A stretch of DNA of 64,000 bases from Chiloscyllium plagiosum (GCF_004010195.1 NC_057746.1:9987045-10051044); one strand, 5' to 3'; counted from the stretch's first letter, positions 45,765 through 59,830 are shown. The notes: generated by a model not told the origin, from the sequence alone. Numbers and translations: made by a program.

Positions 45765-46770
45765 TGGAGGTTGAGCAATTCATCAACTTCACCAACACAT
45801 TCCACCCTGACCTTAAATTTGCCTGGACCATCTCTGACACCTCCCTCCATCTCCATTAGTGACGACCGACTTGACACTGACATTTTTTACAAACCCACCG
45901 ACTCCCCCAGCTACCTGGATTACACCTCTTCCCAGCCTATCTCTTGCAAAAATGCCATCCCGTATTCCCAATTCCCCCGCCTCCGCCGTATCTGTTCCCA
46001 GGAGGACCAGTTCCACCATAGAACACACAAGATGGCCTCCTTCTTTAGAGACCGCAATTTCCCTTCCCGCATGGTTAAAGATTCCCTCCAACGCATCTCG
46101 TCCACATCCCGCACCTCCGCCCTCAGACACCACCCCTCCAACCGTAACAAGAACAGAACGACCCTGGTGCTCACCTTCCACCCTACAAACCTCCGCAAAA
46201 ACCAAATCATCTGCCGACATTTCCGCCACCTCCAAAAAGACCCCAACACCAGGGATATATTTCCCTCCCCACTCCTTTCCGCCTTCCGCAAAGACCGTTC
46301 CCTCCATGACTACCTGGTCAGATCCACGCCCCCCTACGACCCACCCTCACATCTTGGCAGGGGGTGGGCCCTCCTCTAGCTTATCTCTCCATGCCCCACC
46401 CCCACCCTCCCCTAGCTTATCTCTCCACGCTTCAGGCTCTCTGCCTTTATTCTTGATGAAAGTCTTTTGCCCGAAATGTCGATTTTGCTGCTCGTTGGAT
46501 GCTGCCTGAATTGGTGTGCTCTTCCAGCACCACTGATCCAGAATCTGGTTTCCAGCATCTGCAGTTATTGTTTTTACCTCGTTGATTTTAACCCTACTGC
46601 GAATCCTCTTGTAAGGATGCCGACCTTGAAGAAGTTTTCCTCCTCTCACTACAAGAATCTCAGGGAGTCCTTCTCCCACTGCAACTCCCAGGTCATTTCC
46701 TCTGCCCTGAAGCTCTTCAACCATGTCATGAAACACACTCTTTACCACAACCACATTTGCTTCTTTCATC
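45765..46770 (+). mobile_element. 5'-truncated, internally deleted Penelope copy with pLTR and tail running into the next ORF start
   Basis: DIFYKPTDSPSYLDYTSSQPISCKNAIPYSQF; same pLTR variant as 35900-36035; tail MPTLKKFSSSHYKNL... Confidence 0.88.
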
Positions 46771-48427
46771 AATATCAGACTTGGCATTTTTAGAGATCGG
46801 AGAAACGGAGGCTAATTACATTTCAATTCTAGGTTTTTGTTCCAAATGCTTCTATTAAATTTTGGATATACGTGCATCTATACCTATGGTGAAATTTATC
46901 CCTATGATTGTCTGAAGAATTCTTAACTGGAACATGCTTTTTAATATTGCGATTAAATTCAAAGAAACAACTATTTACGAAAAAGTAAATTGAACTGTTG
47001 TGTTTGACGATGCTTAGGGAGTCCATTTGGTTCGTTCATGGGCTGAGACTGGCATCTGGTGCTATTCGATGACTGATGAGGCTGGGATCTATTGATTGTC
47101 TGCCTTTCGGCATTGTCCTATATAATCTGTCTCGAATGGTTGCTCGCTCGGCCCCTTCAATGATCTGAGAATGGCTCTGTTCAAAGGTACCATAATCTTT
47201 CACTGTATATGCAGGTTTTTAAATTTTGCTGATGTTTCGTCAGTCATTTTGTCTAAGTAGTCACTGGCCATTTTTGTCTAAGCAGGTACGGGCCACCACA
47301 ACAAATCTTCAATATTGTTATGTTATAGCAATCCTTGTTTCTGTTGTTGTATTTTAATTATCGCGTATAAATAACGTTTTTTTTTCGTGCTTCAAGACTG
47401 GTAGTTGCAAGACTAATCGAGTTGCATCTAGACAGGAACACCTGGAATTGACAACAAAAGAGAAATAGAATCTTGGCTATCTCCTTGTCATGTGTTGAGG
47501 GGGTTTGGTCTCGTCCATAAGATACGATAGGTTTATACTAACTTTGATTTTACTTTACATGCGCCTTCAAGGAAGACGAGAAGAAAAAAAATCCTTTGAT
47601 GTGTGGCAAAATTATCTACTTCTGGTTAAGAAAATACATTTTAAAAAAATGACAAGTTGTTATCTAACGTGACAATTTCATTCGTGTAATGTGTTGTTCA
47701 AACCAGCCGTAATTTTCTAATAATGTGTTCGGCAGAGCTTTATTGATGCTTATCATACAGTTCCATACTCGCAACCAAATATTCACGGTTGAAGCAAAAA
47801 ATTCCATACCCAGTTTATGTTTAATTGGAATGCAATATGTTGCATTTTATTTGACATAATTATCTGATCTGTGTCATTCTGCTTGGATAAAAATCAAGAA
47901 TATTTTTAGTAAACTTACGACTTGCCAGTCCATCATTTTTCCATTCATCACAAAATGCTGAATTTCCATTCCATTCTCTGATGTGCATGCTGTCAAAAAG
48001 GTAGAAGAAATTGTGCTCGTTTTCCATTGAAAATATTGTGATACTTTTAGCTATTATGTTTCAGGTGGAATCCTAAATCATAAACAAAAAACACGGAGCT
48101 ATTTCCATATTACTGGCTATCCCACACATAATAGTTGCTTACGAATATAAATATGTATCAAACATTTTTTTTTCCAAAAAAAACACCTGACATTTTTTAT
48201 GCCGTCAGAAATTATTTTAAAATTTAAGTAGATGCATTAGTTGTTTTATTTCAAGTAGACAATAAATTAAACGCGACAAACAAAACATCGCTATGTTCTT
48301 TGCGGGGTGAGCTGTGAGGTAGAGGCATAGAATCTCCAATTTGAATATTATGCACTTTCTCTGAAAGAAGTGGAAAACTGTTCATTATTTCAATATTTTC
48401 AATTAAGGTTGTTCCATTTCATTTGAT

Positions 48428-48564
48428 TGTTCCATTCCATTCCTGAAGAAGGGCCTGTGCCCGAAACGTCGAATCTCCTGTTCCCTGGATGCTGCCTGAC
48501 CTGCTGTGCTGTTCCAGCAATAAAGTTTCAACTTTGATCTCCAGCATCTGCAGACCTCACTTTC
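48428..48564 (+). mobile_element. 137-bp Penelope pLTR-derived unit with hammerhead, 15-bp TSD
   Basis: TSD tccatttcatttgat at 48413-48427 and 48565-48579. Confidence 0.87.
48439..48474 (+). ncRNA. Minimal type I hammerhead ribozyme (best-preserved copy)
   Basis: ATTC-CTGAAGA-A-GGGC-CTGT-GCCC-GAAA-CGTC-GAAT: stem I ATTC/GAAT, stem II GGGC/GCCC, predicted cleavage after C48470. Confidence 0.82.
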
Positions 48565-49734
48565 TCCATTTCATTTGATGCCTTGGAATCCAGGCTTAGC
48601 TGACGATGCTATGACCTCTGTAGTCAAGCATTATAGTTTAGCCTTGTTTTCATATACCACATAAGCTATTGCCTTTGACGTCAGATTTATCTTTCTCAGC
48701 ATGCACGAACACAGAAATTGAAACTAAACAAGTAGTAATTTATTGTGGCTCGAAGACCAGTCTTCTCTTTGTTTTTTTTTAAACAATCGGAATCTTTACT
48801 CCTCTTGGCATTTTAAGACGTTGTTTCAATGACATTTATTTCAATTTTTAACATGTATAACGAAAATGTCAGAACTAACCAGGTAAAGTTAGTATTTTCT
48901 ATAGGGATTGTTCTTTTGTTATCAATGATAGACATTAGGGTGCTGCAAATATTTTTTTTTGTCGAACTAATTACTTATGTTACATTTTTATGCAGCACAG
49001 GACAGCCGGTCTGGGTGTGCTGTTCTTCAGAAGGTCTGCGTGGACTTGATGGAAACTTGACTGTTTCCGCACTGTAGAGATTCTATGAGTTTTATGCAAT
49101 ATTACCATTTAGAGAGGTGTCAACGCTTTGTTCCATTAGAGTCAACAACGTTCGTCTTTTGGCTTTAATCATGTTACATGTTGTAATGAGTATGATGTAC
49201 GATCATGTCGAATTTGACGAAAATGTTTGGATTTTTCTGGTGGTATTCCATCCAGAAGCCCTTCTGATTGCAAAACTTCCCAATGTCAAATGAATAGTCG
49301 GGAGGAATTTAGATATATTCATAGTCTTGAGAGTTCATGGATAGGCTAGCATCTTTACGTGTCCATAGGATGGTTAAGGGTAAAACACAGTCCTTTGCAT
49401 CTGAAGTCACATTTGCTCGACACTAGATAAAGATGATCAATTTCACTCACTGAAGTTCATCATTGAACCAATGCATTTTGTACAACTTTGAAAAGTGGTT
49501 ACGCAGCCACCATAAATCTCTCTATTTACTTTAAAGTCCATTAAAAAAAAGAAATCGAATTTCAATAACTGCCATGCTGGCATTTGAGCCCATTGCTGTA
49601 GAATACTAACTTGAGATTTTTGGTTTGCTGTCCAGTAAAATCATCAATACATCATCATCAACATGCTTAACTGTGAAAGTTACAGTTAAATGGATATGAA
49701 ATATTACTTCATTATTATTAATTTCTGGTTGGAA

Positions 49735-50685
49735 CAGACTGCTCCTTTCTTGAGGCATTTTCGGTGTTTGAGGTGATTTCCTCGAATTTGAGGGACAGCA
49801 ATTACTGTTTTATACGATGTTGTATTGTTTTGGAAGTTTGGAAAAAAAGGTTAAAACAACAGTCTTCGAAAAGGGAGAGAAACAGACAAAGGCAGCACAT
49901 GGTGAGGTCAGTGCAGGAGAGACAGAGAGAGAGGGGGGGGGGGGGGGGGGAAGAAACCCGCACACTGACTGACACAGCAATGGACATGCACAGTCAATGT
50001 CTTTGCTGTTGAATTTTTATATTGCGAGAAATAGGACAGCATCTGGGAACATTAACAAACAGTGAAATTCACAACTGATCTTGGAGGAACTTGTTTGGGA
50101 GAGGTCACAGTGCGGAGACAGATCGGCGAAGAGCTTTAAGTGAGGCCACGGGGCCTTGTTGGAAGTCTGCAGTAGTGAATAGAGTGGAGTATTTCTTCAT
50201 TATCCGTTTTATTGAGATATATCTCTTGATTAAACTTAAATATATAAGCCATAAGTATTAAGTTAGCTGGGATCAGTGTTTGGTCGAGGAATACGACGGC
50301 GTTATTTTCTGGGTCTGCAAATTTGAAGAAGAAAAAATTGCCCTCAGTAGAGTGATATGCTCTTCTTGTTGGATATTGGAGTTTAGGGAGAGTTTATGTG
50401 TTGCTGAGGATTACATCTGCAATAAATATCGTTGGTTGTGAATCCTATCAAATTGAATGGAACGGTTGGAGTACAGTCAGAGGCAATGGGAAATTCACAG
50501 GTGCAAGGGGGTCTGATGTATGGCAGTTACAGGAATGGAGAAAAGTCGCAGATACAATGACATAGAAAGGTTAACTCCAGGAAAGTTAAGAGAGGAAGGA
50601 ACATATTGCAGGAATCTTCTGTGGCTTTCCACATTTCAAACATGGATGCTGTTTTGGAAAACATAGGGGGTGAAGGATTCCCAGG
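49735..50685 (+). mobile_element. CR1 5' UTR and ORF1 N-terminus (zinc-finger remnant)
   Basis: RVICSSCWILEFRESLCVAEDYICNK near 50350-50430 resembles the CR1 ORF1 start. Confidence 0.65.
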
Positions 50686-50830
50686 CGCTGTTCTCAATAT
50701 TCGGACCAATAAAGGAAAGCATACCAAACGCCTTCTTCACTAGCATATCTACCTGTGACTCCACTTTCAAGGAGATGAGTACCTGCACTCCAATGTCTCT
50801 TTGTTCAGCAACAGTCCCTAAGATGTTACT
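50686..50830 (-). mobile_element. CR1 RT fragment
   Basis: EQRDIGVQVLISLKVESQVDMLVKKAFGML. Confidence 0.8.
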
Positions 50831-51599
50831 CACTTCAAGGGAAGTAGTATATTGTTCACTGACTTATGAAAATACGCTTTTTGCAATAAATTCTCATTTT
50901 ATACAATTGTAATAAGTTGGGAGGCCGGACAGGAAAGGAACGCCTTTTTTTGTCTATTTAAATAGAGAGACTACTTGTTACATATGCTGACTAGTCACAA
51001 TTTGGAACAGACAGTGACGCATTCAAACTATCTAGAAACCTTATTGCACACCTCTAGACCAAGTGGGACTTGAATTTTGGTCTTTTGGTCTAGGATTAGG
51101 GACAATATCGCTACACCACAAGAGCCCCTCCTGGGAGAGCTTTATATCTTTATTAAGTTATTTTTCTAATCCACCCATTTATAAATCTTATTCCACACCT
51201 CTGGATCAGGTGGGATTTCAACACTGGCTTCATGGTCAAGGTGTATGGACACTATTATGGTGCAACACTGTGTTTTACCATTTTATCGGTAGCAAAGATT
51301 TATTTTCTTTATAGTCCAGAGCCCATCGTTAGTGCGTAGAAACTAGAATGGAGATAAAACGGGACTTTTTTTATTCGAAGTCCTTTTTTTGAATAAGTTA
51401 AACGTAGAAAGCGCCTGGAAACACTCAATATACTGGGTCTGCGTTAACAAAATAACATATTTTTCTAATCAATACGTTCAGAGATATTATTATGAAAAGA
51501 GGTGGAGCTTGAACTTGGGTCTTCTGGTCCAGGCGGAGGGACAATAATAGTGCAACACCAGAAGTTCCCGGAGTCTGCTCTATTTCATGTATTAAAACC

Positions 51600-53560
51600 T
51601 ACTTTTCTCATCAACATTGTCATGCACGATACTGTCCTTTGTTAACTTTATACTAACATAGTTACTGCATAACCCCTCAATATCCAGCTGGAGATAAGTG
51701 TAGATAATTTTCAATTGACAAAGTATTTGCTACCCAACCAGCTTTTCATATAAATCTTTAATGCATGACATACAGTAGCTATCTAAGGAAGAATATATGT
51801 TGACTGTCAGCTCATAATCCCCACAGAGATCAACCAAAGAATCAAGTTTTACAATTGCAACTACTGGCAGGGCCCAGTCACCAAAAAGTGTTGGGCACAT
51901 TATGCTAATTTCCGTTAATTTTAGCCTCCGCTTTGGCATGGAGGGCAGATGTCATGCATTGAATCAATTTGGTTGAATCTCCAGTTCTACATTAGTTTTT
52001 GCCCTGGCGCCTTTCGTCTTCCTGAGCACTCTTAAAACCTTGCTCAATGACTACACCAATGCACACTATTAAGATCTGCTGCAATCCAGGCAGATTTTCT
52101 GAAGCAGTCCCTTCCCAAAAGTTCCTGACTTGGCCCTTTCCCCAGCGTTAATGGAGTCGGACTGTCTGTTGTTCATGATGATAGAATCACTGCAGTGCAG
52201 ATAAAGTCCATTTGGCACACTACGTTTGCGCAAACCCGCACAAATGCATCCCACCCTATGCATTTAACCTCACATTTAGCAGAGTCAACACATCTCACCT
52301 GCACACTACGAGGGAATTAGTCATGGTGAATCAATGCACATCCTTGGAGTATGGGTGGAAGACAAAACACCTGGAGGAAACCCACACAGACATAGGAAGA
52401 ACGTACAAACTCGCCACAGACAGTCGCCCCATGGTGCAATCGAATCCTGGTCCAGTGAGGCAGCACTGCTAAGAACTGAGCCACTGACAGCATCTGCATT
52501 AATTTTGGCGACAGTATTCCCAATAGTATGTAAGGACTCAGCATTGCATGTGACTAATATGACGTTGTTATCTTGCAGGTTTAAAGGAAAGATGCCACAC
52601 CGGAATTCATTAAAGGTTTGCTACCCAGCAATGGGGTACACTGGTACCTGTATCGAAATTCATGTTCAGGTGCTGGTCATTTCTCAGAGTTTTTCTCTCA
52701 AATCGAGGCCATTTTGAGAACAGTGATGCAATTTAGCTGTATCAATTCCTCATCCTTGAACTGATTAATTTGCAAAACGATGTCTTCAATTGGCTTCACC
52801 CTTTGTCGTTGGGAAAATGTATTTTACCCGTTTCAGTCGTCTCGTATGAGGAAAATTCTATGACCACAAGTTCGACATGATGTTCTTACTCATCACTGTA
52901 TTGTGGAGAATAGTCCTGTGCAGTTCTCTGGCTTACAGCCTCTGACTCCAATCCCCTTTCCTTGGTAACACACAGAAGTCAAGAGTGGTATCCTGCTGGG
53001 GCCTTGGTTCTGTGTCATGTGCGTCAAACGTATTTGAGGACACCACCGTTTGAGACTCCTCAGTCTCATTCCTTTGTTTCGTGGGAAAGAGCCAGAATAT
53101 TGCTTTCTCTAGGAGTGGACTTGGTGCAGTCATCAGCTGTACTTGTTTTCAGTTGTAATATAATGAATTCCACCGTCTTGAACACAATCCGAAAAGAGAT
53201 AATTTATGGGAACACTACGATATAATAGATAATTTAGTGTCGTACTGGTCTGCTCCTATTTCTAACAGTTTGATTCCAGGGTTGCCAGCTGAGCTAAACT
53301 CTACATGATGCTGCAATTTAGGGATCCTCAAGTGGTCTGCCAAATGATGCTTTGTGTGATCACTCCTCTTCCATTTGCCTAGATTAAAAAAAAGATTCTA
53401 ATTCTTTTGAGGTACTGGAGCCAATTCTCCACACCTGTATCATAATGTTCCAGTTTCTTGAGCAGCAGTATTTCCGATATTTACTAATCACAGTATAACT
53501 GCATTCAATGAAAGGCGTGACTGCCTGAAATGTTTATTTGCTCTTGCCTGCAATGAAATA
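51600..53560 (-). mobile_element. Highly degraded Gypsy gag-pol remnant
   Basis: WALPVVAIVKLDSLVDLCGDYELTVN matches the Gypsy RT motif WA.P.V.V.K.DG..RLCGDYK.TVN; gag-like remnants lie further right. Confidence 0.65.
52190..52485 (-). mobile_element. HE1-like SINE inserted in the Gypsy remnant
   Basis: ggaggaaacccacacagacataggaagaacgtacaaactc...gtgaggcagcactgctaa is the reverse complement of the core and head. Confidence 0.8.
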
Positions 53561-54289
53561 ACTCAGGATGACCGACGAAAAAGGAACATTATAAATTGTT
53601 GCACAGCAAAATAGTGCCACTACTAGTCCCAGTTCCCTCCCTTGTATGTGTTATTCTTAACTTCACAAGAGGCCCTGGTCTGCATTATAAATAGTGCGGG
53701 TAATGCGTTCCATCTGGGTCTGTCATTGCTTCGTGCCAAGGGAACTCCAATTGTATCTTCTCCACAAGAAGATTATTTAGCGATTCTCATGGGCCTTGTA
53801 GAGTTTATTACAACACAGTGTAATACGAACCCAACGTGTGCGCATACTATTTTACAATAGCCTAAGAATTCAGGAGGCTAGTTTGGAAGTTAGTGAAAAT
53901 GAATACCAAAATAAATGAAGTTCTCTTCACTCCTTGTGGCAATACAAAAAAAGTACGTAGAATGATGGAAGTGATGAGTGTGTTCATGAGCAATGCACCT
54001 TCAGAAGTACTTCTCGCGATTGCATGGCATTTATTCCACCTTTTTGAGATGATAACCGTTGCACATATCGAAAATATTGTGTGGTGACAAATTTCCTTTT
54101 AGCGCCACATGTTATTGCCATTTTGAAGGCTGGAACCAAAATGGGAAGGAATTCGTGCTCCCAGAAATAAATAAGAAAATAGGTAGTCTGGTAAACAGAG
54201 AAATTGACGAGTCAGGTAATAGTAGATAATGTGATAGCTCGCCCATTCGTATCTTTCTCGTTAGAGAGAAAATGAGCAAATTCTAAAAT

Positions 54290-55205
54290 AGTCCCGAGAC
54301 GACACTAACGTAAGTGGTCGAGCGAAGAATGCAGAGGACACTGAAAATCTGCAGAGGCATATAGATATTTTAATGAGTTGGCAAGGATCTGGCAGATGAC
54401 GCACAATGTTGGTCATCTGGTTTAGTAGGGAAAGTAGCACAATTTGCAATTATATTAATGGTGAAAGATTGCAGCAAGCTGCTGTGCAGAGGACCTCCTG
54501 TGGTCCGTGTGCATGAATCACAATAAGTTGGTTTGCAGGTTCAGTAATTAAGAAGGCAAATGGAATGCTGTCATTTACTCTTAGAGGGGTGGAGTTTAAC
54601 ACTAGGGAGATTTTCCTGCAGCTGTATACTGTGCTGGTGAGGCCACATCTTGAGTACTGTGTACAGTTTTGGTCTCCTGACTTGAGAGAGGGTGTACTGT
54701 CATTGGAGGGGATGCAGATGAAGTTCATTAGGCTGATTCCGAAGGTGAGAGTGATGATGAGAGCTTGAGTAGACTGGTATTATGCTGACTGAAATTTAGA
54801 AGAATGAAAGCGCATCTTACAGAATCATAAACGCTATGGTGGAAATAGAGAAGATAGAAACAGGGAGATTGCTTCCACTGGAGGGTGAAATTGGAAATAA
54901 GGGGCATAGCATCAAAATTAGAGGGAGAAGACTTAAGACTGTGTTGAGGTAAAGCTTCTTCACCCAGAGGGTTTTGAATCTTTGGAATTCCCTTCTGAGT
55001 GAAGCAGCTGCTGTTACCTCATTGAAAGTTGTTGAGGAAAAGATGGATAAATTTGGGAATAGTAATAGAATTAAGAGTTATGGGATGTGGCCGGGTAAGT
55101 AGAGTTGAGTCCATGAAAAGATGAGTCCAACCATGATCTTATTGAATGACAGAGCTTGTTTTTTGTATCAGATGTCCGACTCCTGTTCCACGTTCTATGT
55201 TCTGA
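54290..55205 (+). mobile_element. CR1 RT C-terminus and 3' end
   Basis: LYTVLVRPHLEYCVQFWSP. Confidence 0.88.
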
Positions 55206-55987
55206 AGTTATTTTGTGCATTCTTATGAAGAAACCAAATATGGGATATAAAATTCGTGATCTGCTGTTTCTGATGTTAAAGCTGAAGTATGATGATCTGT
55301 TCATTAATACAGAACTCAATTAAAGAAGGACATGTTAAATGTTCACGTATACAAGGTGTGAAGAAAGGTTGTAAGGGAAGAATGTGGCAGCTGTATCGGA
55401 AATTGGTATTATTCAGTTACTGGAAGGACAAAAAAATGCCGAAGTTGTGGGAAAGTCAGGTTCTATTTGGCAATAGCTAAGAAGAAAGAAACAACAAGAA
55501 AAAGACATAAAATTGTGTTTTTTAGAGTAATACATAGGTCTGAAGGTAATGGGTAAATAAAGCAGCATGGTTGTGAACCGAATGTGTCGAGAAGATCAAG
55601 AATTATACACTAAATAAATATAAGTTACGCTGATGTAGATTGGCTTAGTACAAGTGTAAGTGCAGAGAATGGCCAAAAAATGTGTTCATGGTAATGTTCT
55701 TCATCAATTAAACAGCAATGCAAAACAAACGAAACAATAAAAAAAGTGGCCTTGCTGGATCTGATAATTGAAGATGACTCAGATCAATCAAGGACATTGC
55801 AAGGTCGCATTAGTGCCCCAATGGTAATTATCTTATGAGTGTCACATTACTTGTGCTAAATTGTAAATAGCAGTTCGGACTAGAATAATGAAGCACAGAC
55901 AACGTCAAATCATTTATGATATGCCTTTTAATCCTTTCAGATGCTGTAATTTTGTGGGATGCTTTATTACTGTTTTTTTTCCCCTTT

Positions 55988-56805
55988 AGGGATCTCTATT
56001 ATCCGAATATCAATTATCTGAATATCAGCAAAGGAGCTCTCGAGGTCCCGATAGAAACATGACATCAAAGACATATTTACAACTTTGATTGCAACTTTTA
56101 TTTACAAAAGTGAACTTGGCTTACTGAAATGTCGCCGAGAACATTCCTGGACATCGATGGGAGCCCAGGAGCCGTCTCCAAATGACTGACCTCCCACCCT
56201 CTCTCTCTCTGCCCACACTTTCCATGCAGTTCTGCACAGGCATGTACCCTAAACAGCCCTTCCCCAGATAATCTCTCGCACATTTTCCTCGACAGGACAG
56301 AAGTGGATCCTGTCAAAAAAGTTTCAGTCAAGAGTTGTGTGTGTGTGTATGTCTGTGTGTGTGTGTATACGCGTGCGTGCATTGTTTGGATATCCACCAA
56401 ATGGCAGCAGCAGCAGCAGTCTTTCTGTTGGTGTCCAAACCGGCTGACGTGAGGGGTGGGGGCAGTGTTAGACAGGGGTGGAGTGCAGAGGTAGGGGTTG
56501 GGGGGCGCTCGGAGGGGTGGGCGGGGGCGGTGTTGGACCCGGTTGGGGCGTCAGGTTGGGCGTGCTGTTAGATGGGTTGGAGAGGGCGAGGGTGAACGAG
56601 GGCGGTATTGGACGGGGTTGAGGGGCTGATAGCGGGTCGGGCGCTGGTGCGTGGTGTGATGCTGCCTCATCTTCTGAATGGGAAGCAGACATAACAGAAA
56701 ACCACATCCCTAGAGGAAAGGCATTGAATCAATTAACCAAATACACAATTTTCCAAATGAAATAGAGCCCAACCATCTCGTTTGGATAATCGAGATTCCT
56801 CTGTA
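55988..56805. mobile_element. Non-autonomous Tigger/pogo-like DNA transposon (MITE)
   Basis: Imperfect terminal inverted repeats: left ...ggatctctattatccgaa, right ttggataatcgagattcctctgta. No transposase ORF. Confidence 0.55.
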
Positions 56806-57049
56806 TTCGAAAGTCTGTGTTCTCTAGAGATGCCATAGTATGCAAAGGACTTGAAACTATGGCTGTACCATCAATGATCACGGCTATGTTTTTACTTCTC
56901 TTTCGAGCTCTTCTGTTCACCTCCTCAATTAAGATGTCGATTTATTTGAAGCACTATGTTGACATAATGTGTCGCGTTCCAAGTCACTATTCGTTAATGA
57001 ATTTTCTTAGTTTATGAAGCTGAACAATATAACCTTTCTGTTGTTTTTA

Positions 57050-57365
57050 ATTAGAATTCCTACTGTATGTAAACAAGCCTATAAGTCCAACAAGTACATA
57101 ACGCCCCTCTGAAGACTACCATACCAATATACCCATTACCCTACATTTTCCCTGACTAATGCACCTAGCCTACACATCCCTGAACACTATGGGCAATTTA
57201 GCCTGGCCAATTCACCTAACATGCACGTCTTTGGACTTCTGGAGGAAACCGGAGCACCTGTTGGAAACTCATGCAAACACGGGGAGAATGTGTAAACTCC
57301 ACACAAACAGTCGTCCGAGTCCCTGGCGCTGTCAGACAGCAGTGCTAATCACTGAGCCACCGTGT
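57050..57365 (-). mobile_element. HE1-like SINE
   Basis: ggaggaaaccggagcacctg...aaactccacacaaacagtcg...cagtgctaatcactgagccaccgtg. Confidence 0.85.
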
Positions 57366-57848
57366 TACCCCGTTTGAAAAGGCGAAAACAGTGAAAAGGC
57401 CTGTACACTGCATTAATTTAATGGGGCTGTAATAATAGACAGACCTGTGTAAATTTCCTTCAGGCATTTGGTGCCAGTCATTCACCATTTATTTAATCTA
57501 CCGAAGACCTACAGATAAACAAAACAGCCAAAGAGTTAGGAACCAAATCGTTTAAGAAAGACTGTCACATGATTTATGCACACTAATTAGGGGAGCAAAT
57601 GAAATGAATTTCAAATGTTTTATGAACAATATTCGTTCAAAGAATTAAGTATTTTTCTTCCAACATTGACGTTTATAATTAATATTGCAGTCATTTGATC
57701 ATGGAACCATAACTTTGCAATGAAGCAATTTACTGTCCCCATGGATACTCCCGACAATATAAATGAAAGGTCTTTGTTATCCCTCATTCAAAAAAATACT
57801 TCAGAGACAGTCAGCAAAAAATAGAGATATCACATCACCCAAACAGTT

Positions 57849-57912
57849 ATGGACATAATTCTCAATATCAAGAAAGTATACTACATGATTCTTGCAGTCA
57901 TTGGTGTTCCTG
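57849..57912 (+). pseudogene. GPR139-like GPCR first exon with mutated splice donor
   Basis: MDIILNIKKVYYMILAVIGVP-G is followed by gaaag where a phase-1 GT donor is expected. It is paralogous to 63723-63792; no second exon was recognised. Confidence 0.55.
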
Positions 57913-58624
57913 GAAAGGTGTTACGCCACTCTTGTCTGGGTAAAAATATTTTGAGATTTTTTTCAAATTTACTCTGTTAATAATAACATTCTCCGTAGAT
58001 CGACCTGCCAACATTATCTACAGAATTTTCATATACTTTCCTTGAAAACCCAGAAGTTTTAGTCAATTGCAACTAAATCTATTTTTTCGGTATTTTCTGT
58101 TTTATTCAGTTATTTGTCATCGTCATCGATTCAATTGCCACAATTATCTTTCCCCAAACGTATCTCAGCAGTTTTAGTCAATCATACATATTTCATGCGA
58201 ACTTACTATTTTCTATACCTTTCTATTTTATGTCACATCAATATCTTTATCATACACTGTTGAGTCACAATAGCAACTTTTTGTGTCAAATTGTTAGTGG
58301 TACTATCTGTTAACTTAGAACAGCACTGAAGTGGATTATTAACTAATCCTGTTTCCTAAGACTTGTTGAGAGTGTTTTCTCTTTTTAAGTTTGACACAAT
58401 CCAATCCTGCTATCAAGTGACTTTCGTAATTCAACATGATAACTCGGATATCAGCCTCCTCTGATATTCACTCATCAGCAGCTGTGGTAAATCAACATAA
58501 TTAGTGCAGGAGGTGAAGCCTATAATTGCTCACGCGCACTTTTCAGGAAGGGAAGAATGCTTTTTCTGTTTGAACGTTTGTGTCGAATGTTAAAGTCTTG
58601 TTCAAAGGCATGCGGTGACTGATG

Positions 58625-59830
58625 GGAACATGTGCCACAAGGATCTGTATTGGGACCACTGCCCTTAGTCATTTTTATAAACGACTTGGGTGCAGGAAAG
58701 GTGATTAGATTAGATTACGTACAGTGTGGAAACAGGCCCGTCGAGGCAACAAGTCCACACCGACCCACCGAATCGCAACCTACCCAGACCCATTCACCTT
58801 CACCGAACACGACGGGCAATTTAGCATGGCAAATTCACCTGACCTGCATATTTTTATACTGCGGGAGGAAACTGGAGCACCCGGAGGAAACCAACACAGA
58901 CACACTCCACACAGTCCCACTCCGAGGCGGCAAGTGAACCCTGGTTTCTGGCACAATGGCACAGGTGGATGGTTATTAAGTTTGCAGATGGTACTAAAGT
59001 CGGTGGAGTGGTGGACAGTGTGGGAGCATGTTGCAAGCTGCAGAGAAGCTTGGATAAACTGTAGAATTTGGCTGAAAGATGGCAATTGGAGTTCAATACA
59101 GATACATGTGAGATGAATCGCCTTGGGAAGAATAACAGAAAGGAAGAATACTGAGTCAGTGGTAAGTTTCAAAATAGCGTGGATGTGCAGAGTGATCTTG
59201 GTGTCCATGTACATAGATCCCTGAGAGTTGCTACCCAGGTTGATAGTGCTCTTAAGAAGGCATACGGTGTGTTATGTTTTATAGGTAGAGGGATTCAGTC
59301 CAGGAGCCGTGACGTCATGCTGCAACTGTACAAAACAGTGGGTGCGGCCTCACTTGGAGAATTGTGTGCAGTTCTGGTCGCCCTATTGCAGGAAGGATGT
59401 GGAAGCATTGAAAAGGGTGCAGACGAGATTTATCAGGACGTTGCCTGGTGTGGAGGGAAGTTCTTACGAGGAAAGGCCGAGGGACTTGTGGTGATTCTCA
59501 TTGGAGAGACGAAGGCTAAGAGGGGATATAATAGACACGTACAACTTGATCAGAGGGTGAGATAGGATGGGCACTGAGAGTCTTTTTCCTAGAATGGTGA
59601 CATCTACTTGTATGAGGGGGCATAGATGAAAGTTGAGGGGTGATAGATTTAAGAGAGATGTCACAGGCAGGTGTGCAACTTAGAGAGTAGTCAGAGCATG
59701 GATAAGTTCTTGGATAAGCATAATGATGATGGTGGGAAAGTGTAGAGGCTTAGATTAGTTCACAGGACCACGCAACATCGAGGGCCGAAGGTCCTGTTCT
59801 GCGCTATATTGTTTTATGTACTATGTTCTA
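58625..59830 (+). mobile_element. CR1 RT to 3' end, interrupted by an HE1-like SINE (- strand, about 58702-58960)
   Basis: PQGSVLGPLPLVIFINDL, KFADGTK and RPHLENCVQFWSP; SINE core gaggaaactggagcacccggaggaaacc. Confidence 0.9.

Noticed and set aside
46450-46490. Active hammerhead in the 45765-46770 Penelope copy
   Set aside because: Core C3 is mutated (TTGATGA), stem II is disrupted and stem III is altered (GAAATGTC); predicted inactive.
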